Of a DNA stretch of 64,000 nucleotides, positions 37,463 to 45,650 are shown in pieces. The translations under genes were made by a program, and so were the position numbers. The notes under the pieces were generated by a model. That model was not told where the DNA came from and ran no database searches. It saw only the letters and a list, made by a program, of their open reading frames with translations. How positions within the stretch are numbered: position 1 is the first letter of the stretch; every line of letters begins with the position of its first letter. Source of the stretch: an uncultured Spirochaetales bacterium (lineage in GTDB: Bacteria > Spirochaetota > Spirochaetia > JABMQR01); contig CAZMOX010000004.1 in NCBI GenBank assembly GCA_964567895.1, positions 560-64,559 of the forward strand, in the 5' to 3' direction.

Positions 37463-39319
37463 TTAATCATGGACTTTAATTGTTACATCTGGTTTGGTTA
37501 TTTCGAGAATATACAAAAAATCCCGTTTTAAAGGCTTTAAAATTCCTCCCTTGATACTCGCTATTGGTGACTCACAGCGGAAATAGAATTTTTGCGGCAG
37601 TAGAACATTTTCCAATCGGATAGATATAGTGTTCTCATCACGGATTGTATAGAAACGCATATCCTCATTTTGAATATACTCATTGTAAGCTTCGATATTT
37701 GTTTTTGGTTCCAGAAAAGGATAGTTCTGAGACAGTGCCTGAAATGTATCTTCAAACTCTCTAAACAGCGGCCCCCATCGCAGATCCTCAGATCTTTCCG
37801 GATCCAGTATCTCTATGGAATTGATTGAATGGTTTACCATACCAAATTCAGCCACTCCATTTACCATCGCCCAAAGTATATCAGGTGTAATCTCATAACC
37901 CTGACTGAATTTTGGGATATCATAGACTCCGGTTATATCCGGGTCAGGACCAAATTCCTGAATAAATACGCCATCATCCTGATCAGGATTAGTATAGACT
38001 CCCGAAAATACCTTTAATTTGGGAAAAGTATTGAGAACAGCCTCTTTTGTATATTTTCCAATAAGATTGGATGGAGAAGAATATGTGTAATACTCAATTT
38101 CTCCAAAAATAGAATCCAGAGTATCTCTGAGCTTATCAAGGCTGGCTGTCATGTCTGATTCATCTTTCCATAATGATGGATATAAACTTAGTGACGGATT
38201 ATTGGTAATTTCACCAGGTGTTAGTAAGGGTGTATGGCTGTAACCCAGTATTCCCAGCTCTCCATCTGATGAGCTGAGCATTGCACCGAATTGACTGATG
38301 GTGTCCAGGTTGGTTTTTGGTTCGTCCGGCAGGGGATTTCCTGTATTTGTAGTATAGGAACCAATTGTCATTCCGGTAAAAGCCAAATTGTATCTGTTTT
38401 TTAAGGTTAAAAGATCTGTCCACCAGATTTCACGATAAAACTTACCATTATCCCGCAGGTAATCATTATAAATATGATCTGTTATGCCCATAGGAATAGG
38501 AGCTGGGAGATCCTCAATATTAAAAATTTTATCTGCATGTATATATGAGAGACTATAATCATTATTCAGATGTAAAAGTTGAAGGAGCAGTCCGCGATTT
38601 ATCTTGTCCAGAAAGAGTGTACTGTTTGTATAGAGTACCGATCCTTCTCCCCAGGAATTAAGCCAGATAAGGGGAATGCCTTCAGATGATACAGCAATTG
38701 GGGTTACTGAATCACTGAGGGTGATATTCAGACTGGAAGAAGTAATAAAATCTGAATCGATAGTCATTTCATCCATCATAGGGAAAAAAGGTGCTGAAAA
38801 TGTTATTCCAATGGGATTTTTTGATAGGGTTCCCTCAATTTTCTGTATGCCGGCAATTTCTGCAAGAGCCGGGTGAGTGGTGCTGACCAGTATGGATATG
38901 TCTGCACCGAGAGAGATAATATTTACCATATAATCAATATCTTTCTGTGTGAGGATGTCTATATCATCTACAGCAATAATGATCGTATCCCCGATCTCTA
39001 TCTCACTGATTGTTTGTGAGCTCTCTTCTGAATTAATATCAGCAAGTAGGTATGGTATATGAGTATTTCGGAAAATTTGTTTGAGATGTTCTGTGACAAT
39101 AATTGATTCATCGTTGATTGATGAATACAGGATTACATACTGATCAAAATTTATAGGTATGTTTTCCGAGGTGAAGACACTTTCTTCTTCTACCTGCTCA
39201 ACAATCCTGGTAGAGTTTGACCGGAATATTGAGGTGAAGTTTACTATTTTGAATACCTGCAGAATAATTCCGGTTGCCAGGATGATCAGGACAACTATCA
39301 AAAACCTGAATTTTATCAT
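37463..39319 (-). CDS. Exported/membrane-anchored 618-aa protein of unknown function in the Pel locus (possibly a YdaL/DUF2194-like polysaccharide-modifying protein)
   Basis: N-terminal TM anchor MIKFRFLIVVLIILATGIILQV followed by a large hydrophilic domain. Its start overlaps the pelD stop by 4 bp, which suggests a shared operon. Confidence 0.5.
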   Translation of the reverse strand: MIKFRFLIVVLIILATGIILQVFKIVNFTSIFRSNSTRIVEQVEEESVFTSENIPINFDQYVILYSSINDESIIVTEHLKQIFRNTHIPYLLADINSEESSQTISEIEIGDTIIIAVDDIDILTQKDIDYMVNIISLGADISILVSTTHPALAEIAGIQKIEGTLSKNPIGITFSAPFFPMMDEMTIDSDFITSSSLNITLSDSVTPIAVSSEGIPLIWLNSWGEGSVLYTNSTLFLDKINRGLLLQLLHLNNDYSLSYIHADKIFNIEDLPAPIPMGITDHIYNDYLRDNGKFYREIWWTDLLTLKNRYNLAFTGMTIGSYTTNTGNPLPDEPKTNLDTISQFGAMLSSSDGELGILGYSHTPLLTPGEITNNPSLSLYPSLWKDESDMTASLDKLRDTLDSIFGEIEYYTYSSPSNLIGKYTKEAVLNTFPKLKVFSGVYTNPDQDDGVFIQEFGPDPDITGVYDIPKFSQGYEITPDILWAMVNGVAEFGMVNHSINSIEILDPERSEDLRWGPLFREFEDTFQALSQNYPFLEPKTNIEAYNEYIQNEDMRFYTIRDENTISIRLENVLLPQKFYFRCESPIASIKGGILKPLKRDFLYILEITKPDVTIKVHD

Positions 39320-40602
39320 TCGATCTCCTCAACAGAATCCTTTAAGGAAGATCTTATTCTATTTGAAACTAAATCGTAATTCCCCTTACCTGTTGCTGGC
39401 AGCAGTATTTCAAGTATATTATGAATCTCATCATAACAAACAAAATCTACGCTTCTTAGAACTTTTCTCATGGAAAATATAACCGTCTCTATATCTGTGG
39501 TTAATACATTATATTTACCATAGCAATATGGCAGCCCATATTTAGTGAGTCGAATCTCCTCTTCTTCCAACTGCATATCAAACTGATTCTTTTTTAACAA
39601 ATTGGACCAGCTTACACCGGTTACGTTATACTTTCTGTCAATATCAATCGCCTGAGAAAGAGCTTTATTGATCCATTCAGTTATAACACAGAAAACACTA
39701 AAACTGTATTCAGTAATATGCTCAAATTCTATTGCATCAATATTAATAAGACCAATTACTGTACCCTCATTAATAATTGGAGCACTAAACAGCGGGAAAT
39801 CCTCGTTCTCCTCTTTTGTCCACCTGACAGGCTTCCTGGATTCCACCAGTTCCATATATTTAGGTTCATCTACAAATCTGATAGAACTTCTTTTTTTGCC
39901 ATATTCACCATAAATAAGCTTCAGGCGTAAATACCCGCCGCTTTCAAGAGTATATATTGCTATAGTAGTAGCCTTAATAAATTTATGCAGAACTCCAATT
40001 GCCTCTGTGTATACTTTTTCCGGATTTGTTGTCTGAAGTGATGCAGCAATTTCATAGAGAGAGAAGATACTGTATTCTGACCCTACTATCTGTTCTTTTA
40101 GTTCATTGTACATGAGAATTGTTTTGCGGTAATCTTCCTCAAGTTTAGTATACTCTTCCAGAATTTCGCTATTTGCAGTCTTCATAGTTCTTACATTTCT
40201 GGAGTAGGTATCCCTGACGCGTCCGGTTGTATACCCTGCAATGAAAAACATAATAGGAAATTTATAGTAATCAAAGACCTTGAAAAAGAGCACTAAGTCC
40301 AGACCTTTATAGAGATAAGCTACTATATAAACAGTTGAGGCAATTAATGCAGCAAACAGGCCGGACAGATAACCATGACGAATAGCGATGATTGCAGTAA
40401 GCACAAACAACGGGTGAAGATTCATGGTCAGAAACTGGTTCTGAATATTCGGTACAAAGAAAAAGAAGAGCATCGTTGCACCGTTTGTTATGAGAACCTC
40501 TATCAAGATGCCGGTGATCGTAATAATGAACTCATGTTTCGATTGTATCTCCCAGCCGGGAAATAATCTATTATATATTTTTATTTTGCTTTTTTCTGCC
40601 AT
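39316..40602 (-). CDS. pelD: PelD-like c-di-GMP receptor (4 TM + GAF + degenerate GGDEF with RxxD I-site)
   Basis: Four N-terminal TM helices and a GAF-like middle region. The C-terminal GGDEF-like fold lacks the GGDEF motif but retains RSVD (an RxxD I-site). Confidence 0.65.
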   Translation of the reverse strand: MAEKSKIKIYNRLFPGWEIQSKHEFIITITGILIEVLITNGATMLFFFFVPNIQNQFLTMNLHPLFVLTAIIAIRHGYLSGLFAALIASTVYIVAYLYKGLDLVLFFKVFDYYKFPIMFFIAGYTTGRVRDTYSRNVRTMKTANSEILEEYTKLEEDYRKTILMYNELKEQIVGSEYSIFSLYEIAASLQTTNPEKVYTEAIGVLHKFIKATTIAIYTLESGGYLRLKLIYGEYGKKRSSIRFVDEPKYMELVESRKPVRWTKEENEDFPLFSAPIINEGTVIGLINIDAIEFEHITEYSFSVFCVITEWINKALSQAIDIDRKYNVTGVSWSNLLKKNQFDMQLEEEEIRLTKYGLPYCYGKYNVLTTDIETVIFSMRKVLRSVDFVCYDEIHNILEILLPATGKGNYDLVSNRIRSSLKDSVEEIE

Positions 40603-40694
40603 AAATCAATTCTAAATTAAAACGTCCTCTTAATCCATTATAATTGAGCCAATTTCATAAATCAAAGATGAGCCATCCTTACGGTGGGCTCACT

Positions 40695-42047
40695 TTAACT
40701 GCTTATTGCTTCTGCCTGCTGTTCATTTGCCTCTCCACGCTTAACTCCGCCCATAATGAAGTAGGCAATAACCATACAAACTGCCGCAAACAGGAAAATC
40801 GCTCTGAATCCGAATAAGTCGATAAACCCGCCGGTAATTGGCGGTGCTATTATTGAGGCGAGCTGGGAAAAGAAGTAGTACAAACCGGTATAAATTCCCA
40901 TATCACTATAGGTTGCCATTTGCCAGAGCATAGGAAATGAGTTTGTGATAATTGAAACCCAAAACATTCCAAAAAAGAACATAAGTACCCAGAAGGTGAT
41001 TTGTCGGAGAAATGGGCTTAATCCCAATGCTTTGGTAATCGGATCATGTAAGAAAACGAGGAGAAGAACTCCTGTAAGAAAAAGCAGTGCAGTTCTGATT
41101 GTGACTTTTCTACCGCGTCTGTGGGCAATTATGCCTGAGGGGATTGCAAAGATTGCATAAGCAATACCCACCATTCCGGCTGCAAAGGCAGCTGTTCCGG
41201 AAGAGGTAGCCAAAATCTCGGTTGAATAGAGTCCGATAAACGGCAGAACACCCTGATATCCTATGAACCAGAAAAGCAGGGAGAGTAGTATCAGCAGAGC
41301 ACTTTTATCTTTGGAGCCCATAATCATTTTCAGGGACTGGGAAAGGGATGTTCTTTTCTCCTGCTCCCGTTCACCATCCGCTCTTTTCCCCCGTTTCTCT
41401 TTTACAAATAAGAAGAGGAGAATTGTTGAGAGAATTACCAGTAGACCGGCAACCGGAAAGGCCAGGATTTCTTTCACTGATCCGTGTCCGGGAATATTTA
41501 CTACTACATTCATCAACTGTGCAAGCCCGATAGTTCCGACTATCGATGCAATTCCACCCATAGTATTTATTACCCCATTAGCTTCGGATCTGAGCTCGCC
41601 GGGAATCATGTCCGGCATAAGAGCAACGACAGGACCACGAGCGGATTGTTTGAAAATATTCAGGATAAAGATAGAGATGATTAGAGCGGTGAGAGTACTT
41701 AATGCAGTGAACGGGATTATTCCAAAGGCAATAGCTGTTAAGGGAAGTGTGCTTATTATATAGGGCATTCTGCGGCCTATAGCAGTCCTTGTTCTATCTG
41801 AGAGTGCTGAGACAATAGGGATTAGCAAAATTGCAAATACATTATCAAGAGTCATAATTGTTCCGATTAATCCTTTTGATTCTATGAATTTACTGAGAAA
41901 AATGGGTACATAGGTATCATACAGCGGATCCATTAATCCCATGGTAAAGAATCCCAGACCGATGAGGAATGTTATACCGTAATAACCCTTCAAACCTGTT
42001 TTAGTCTCTGCTTTCTCTTTCATTTGGTTCTCCTGCACTTGTTTCAT
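40695..42047 (-). CDS. MFS transporter (GPH/LacY-like sugar or glycoside:cation symporter type)
   Basis: 12 TM segments with MFS loop motifs (GRRMPYII). Confidence 0.75.
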   Translation of the reverse strand: MKQVQENQMKEKAETKTGLKGYYGITFLIGLGFFTMGLMDPLYDTYVPIFLSKFIESKGLIGTIMTLDNVFAILLIPIVSALSDRTRTAIGRRMPYIISTLPLTAIAFGIIPFTALSTLTALIISIFILNIFKQSARGPVVALMPDMIPGELRSEANGVINTMGGIASIVGTIGLAQLMNVVVNIPGHGSVKEILAFPVAGLLVILSTILLFLFVKEKRGKRADGEREQEKRTSLSQSLKMIMGSKDKSALLILLSLLFWFIGYQGVLPFIGLYSTEILATSSGTAAFAAGMVGIAYAIFAIPSGIIAHRRGRKVTIRTALLFLTGVLLLVFLHDPITKALGLSPFLRQITFWVLMFFFGMFWVSIITNSFPMLWQMATYSDMGIYTGLYYFFSQLASIIAPPITGGFIDLFGFRAIFLFAAVCMVIAYFIMGGVKRGEANEQQAEAISS

Positions 42048-42178
42048 AGTATATACACTTTACGTGTTCTCTGCCGGCAAGTCAAATAGAACTTGAGCTA
42101 ATTTTAAAAGACGCGGCCAGCTTACCTGTTTAACTGATGGACGAATATATGAATTCATGATAGTGATAGAAGTAAGTT

Positions 42179-43264
42179 ATGAAACAAGAAAAAAAACATA
42201 CGCTATCCAGATCCTGTATATTGAGGGAGCAGGAAGAGCTGGAATCACTACTCAACCTATCTCTGCGAAGTGAAGAAAAGGAATGGTTTCGTGCCGAAAG
42301 AGGCAGAATGCCGTTTTTGTTACCATCCTATTATGCAGGGTTAATGAATATATCTGATCCCCATGATCCTATACGGTTACAGTCAATTCCCACGGACAAA
42401 GAGTTTAACATTACTCCGCAGGAGTTAGCAGATCCGCTTGGGGAAAAGAATTTTATGCCCGTAGATTTTCTTATCCATAGATATACATCCCGGGCACTAT
42501 TTCTTTCAACAGGAATATGTGCAATGTACTGCCGTTATTGTTTTAGGAGAAACTATACCGGGAAACCGCAAATTCCAACCGGGGAGCAGATAGTGAGGGC
42601 TGCACAGTACCTCAAAGATCATACGGGAATAAAGGAGCTGCTGATCAGCGGGGGAGATCCTCTTACCCTGTCCCTTGATGCATTGGATCGTTTACTTGGA
42701 ATATTCAGAGAGTATCGTTCGGATATAGTCTTCAGAATTTGTACCCGAATACCAGTAGTTATGCCGCAGATGATAACAGAGGCATTGGTTGAAATATTGG
42801 CTAAATATCGAAAAAACGGATTGTATGTAATAACGCAATATAATCATCCTATTGAACTCTCCTCTGAAAGTACGGGAGCAGTACGACGTATTTTGGATGC
42901 TGGAATTCCTGTATTGAATCAGACGGTCCTTCTGAAAGGGGTAAATGATGATGCAGGTGTACTTGGAGATTTAATGAATGGACTTGTTGGTGCAGGAGTA
43001 ATTCCCTATTACCTGTTTCACCCGGATATGGCTGAAGGTATATCTCATTTTCGTATTCCTCTAAAGAAAGGACTGGCTATTTTTAAACAGCTTACGGCGA
43101 AACTTTCACGTTTGGCACTTCCGGAATATGCTGTAGATATACCGGGTGGATGGGGGAAAGTAAGTCTGTCAGCTAATGGAATAATAGATAGTATTGATAA
43201 TACCTATAAGTTGAGAAATGGTAGTGATCAGATTTTCACCTACATCGACACCGTTATTGAATAG
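42179..43264 (+). CDS. epmB: KamA-family radical-SAM lysine 2,3-aminomutase-like enzyme (EF-P beta-lysylation EpmB type)
   Basis: CAMYCRYCFRRN radical-SAM cysteine motif and a KamA-family C-terminus. Genomic linkage to efp and epmA. Confidence 0.75.
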   Translation: MKQEKKHTLSRSCILREQEELESLLNLSLRSEEKEWFRAERGRMPFLLPSYYAGLMNISDPHDPIRLQSIPTDKEFNITPQELADPLGEKNFMPVDFLIHRYTSRALFLSTGICAMYCRYCFRRNYTGKPQIPTGEQIVRAAQYLKDHTGIKELLISGGDPLTLSLDALDRLLGIFREYRSDIVFRICTRIPVVMPQMITEALVEILAKYRKNGLYVITQYNHPIELSSESTGAVRRILDAGIPVLNQTVLLKGVNDDAGVLGDLMNGLVGAGVIPYYLFHPDMAEGISHFRIPLKKGLAIFKQLTAKLSRLALPEYAVDIPGGWGKVSLSANGIIDSIDNTYKLRNGSDQIFTYIDTVIE

Positions 43265-43688
43265 TTGCCGGATATTTCCCATCAACAATATTCTGGATTG
43301 TAACACTTGCAAAATATTTCCGCATAACATTATATGTATGCCTCCAGAAATAACATGCGGTACATTCATCAGCGTAATCGCATTCCAAATGTTTCTGATC
43401 ATCAAGCACAGAACAGGGGGTTATGAAATATCCTTCATCAATAGCCATGAAAATATCATCAATTGAGACATCTGAAGGGGATTTGATAAATGCAAACCCA
43501 CCGCCTGGTCCACGGGTTGAGGTTATCAAATCAGCCTTTCTCAATCTAAAAAAGATCTGTTCAAGGAATTCAGGGGAGAGACAGGTCTGTTCTGAAAGTA
43601 CTCGTATTGAGATGGGTTTTTCTGATTTATTTTTAACCATTTGAAGAATTGCCCTAAGTGCATATCTACCTTTTGTTGTAATTCTCAT
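43254..43688 (-). CDS. Rrf2-family (IscR-like) Fe-S-binding transcriptional regulator
   Basis: MRITTKGRYALRAIL HTH start. Cys ligands CSVLDDQKHLECDYADECTAC. The 3' end overlaps the epmB 3' end by 11 bp (convergent). Confidence 0.8.
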   Translation of the reverse strand: MRITTKGRYALRAILQMVKNKSEKPISIRVLSEQTCLSPEFLEQIFFRLRKADLITSTRGPGGGFAFIKSPSDVSIDDIFMAIDEGYFITPCSVLDDQKHLECDYADECTACYFWRHTYNVMRKYFASVTIQNIVDGKYPATIQ

Positions 43689-43858
43689 AATATATCCCCG
43701 CAATATTTCTAAGTTTTTAATTATATTGCTTACTAAAAATGCATAACATTCTTCAAATTCTGATTCAAATCATTAACAGGGTAATACAAATAGTCTATTA
43801 AGTAAATGATTGTAATGGTAATGTAACACTAATTCGATAAAAATAACGCGATTGCTTG

Positions 43859-44422
43859 TTATTTATTGACACGTTCAAGATACTCTCTGGTCTCGGTATT
43901 TACCAGAATCCTTTCACCTTGTTTAATAAAAATGGGGACTTTTACTTTCAGGCCGGTCTCTGTAACAATTACTTTTGTTGCTCCAGTTACGGTATCACCT
44001 TTAATAGCATCCTGTGCTTCAGCTACTTTATAAATAACTTTATAGGGTATTATAATATCGAGCGGGGTGTCTCCCCAGAAACTTATTCGGTAGGTTTCGC
44101 CATCTTTCATAAGAAATTGGTAATCCTCGAAGGATGCCATGGGGATTTCAAACTGATCGAATGTAACCGTATTCATGAAATGATAGTTTTCACCATCATT
44201 ATACAGATACTGACTGTCTATATCGTCAACGGTGATATCTTCAACTGAATCCTGTGTTTTCATAGTTTCCCGAAGTACCCGACCGGTGCTCGGGCTTTTC
44301 AACTTTGCACGTACAAAGGCTGATCCTTTTCCGGGGTTAACAAATTCTCTTTCTACTACGATAAAAGGGGCGCCCTTAATCAGGAGTGCCATACCTTTTT
44401 CTATCTGGCCTGCTTTGATCAT
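43859..44422 (-). CDS. efp: Elongation factor P
   Basis: NPGKGSAFVRAKLK loop with the modifiable Lys; 187 aa, three OB/KOW-like domains. Confidence 0.9.
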   Translation of the reverse strand: MIKAGQIEKGMALLIKGAPFIVVEREFVNPGKGSAFVRAKLKSPSTGRVLRETMKTQDSVEDITVDDIDSQYLYNDGENYHFMNTVTFDQFEIPMASFEDYQFLMKDGETYRISFWGDTPLDIIIPYKVIYKVAEAQDAIKGDTVTGATKVIVTETGLKVKVPIFIKQGERILVNTETREYLERVNK

Positions 44423-44500
44423 GTTGTTTAGTCCTTATATAATTGTTCTATTGTTTTTACCACTGAATCCAATTTTGCAAGATTGAAATGGAAAAAGAGG

Positions 44501-45490
44501 CTAAAGTGTAGCAGATAACGGGAATAAAATCACCCCCTCAATAGTATCATATCCTCCTAACAGCATGAGCAATCTATCCAACCCCAGGGCTGTACCTGAG
44601 CACGCTGGAAAGGGTTTATCCGGATTGTTAAATAGGTGGTGATATGTATGAGGGATGTCAGGAATTGCTGCATTGGGGACATCGGTTCGTGAAGCAATTG
44701 CGGCCGATTCCTCACGAAAAAATTCCGCAATTAAATCCGGATTAGTCTCTTCTGTATAACAGTTTGCAAGCTCAACACCTCCGGCATACAGTTCCCAACG
44801 CTCTTTATAGGGAGATTGTGCTTTGTTTGATGCAAGGCAATGAATCTGTGCGGGATAGTCTGTAATTATCAAAGGCCGATCCTGCGGAATATAAGGTTCA
44901 ACTAATGTAAGAAAAATTCGATTGAAGAGTGATTCCCATGTTTCAGGGGTGTCAGATTCAGACAGGCCGATTCGGGATGCTGCTGATTTCAGCTTTCCCA
45001 AAGTCTGGAGTTTGTCCAAATCGATTCCTGCATGGGAAAAACAGAGGTCATGCATCGATTCAATCCTGAAGGGAGGCAGCAGATGCTCAGGTGTACCCGG
45101 TGGTGCAACTGCAGAGAGGTACTCTTCTGTGTGAGCGATTGAATCTCTATAATCTGCATCAATCGTATACCACTCGAGCATGGAGAATTCAGGATTGTGG
45201 TAGGTTCCTATCTGCTCACTATTCCTGAAACATTTATTAATCTGGAAAATACTTCCGGATCCATCAGCCAGCAACTGTTTCATAAATACTTCAGGAGAAG
45301 GAATTAGCCAGCACAAGGAGGATGAATGAAAGGGGCTGGCGAAAGATGTTTCGAAGACGTGAATTGCCGGTTCCGGAATGAGTCCTGCGGCAATAGTCGG
45401 TGTTTCAACTTCCAGATACCCTTTTCCGGTAAACTGTTTCCTTGTATTGGCATACAAATGGCTGCGCTGTAAAATACTCTCTCTGTTCAT
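44501..45490 (-). CDS. epmA: EF-P lysine beta-lysyltransferase (class II LysRS paralog, GenX/PoxA)
   Basis: Class II aaRS catalytic core without an anticodon-binding domain (GYLEVETP...EFSMLEWY). Adjacent to efp. Confidence 0.85.
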   Translation of the reverse strand: MNRESILQRSHLYANTRKQFTGKGYLEVETPTIAAGLIPEPAIHVFETSFASPFHSSSLCWLIPSPEVFMKQLLADGSGSIFQINKCFRNSEQIGTYHNPEFSMLEWYTIDADYRDSIAHTEEYLSAVAPPGTPEHLLPPFRIESMHDLCFSHAGIDLDKLQTLGKLKSAASRIGLSESDTPETWESLFNRIFLTLVEPYIPQDRPLIITDYPAQIHCLASNKAQSPYKERWELYAGGVELANCYTEETNPDLIAEFFREESAAIASRTDVPNAAIPDIPHTYHHLFNNPDKPFPACSGTALGLDRLLMLLGGYDTIEGVILFPLSATL

Positions 45491-45650
45491 ATTGCTGATA
45501 CTATCAGATGGTTGCTGAAATTAACAAGTCCTGATAAAATTTTTCACAAGGATTTTGAAAGATCAGTGGTTCTCTTTACTTTACCTAGTGGAATAAACTA
45601 TAATCAAAATCTTATCAGTACATATCAAATCGATTTTCAAACAGGATGTT

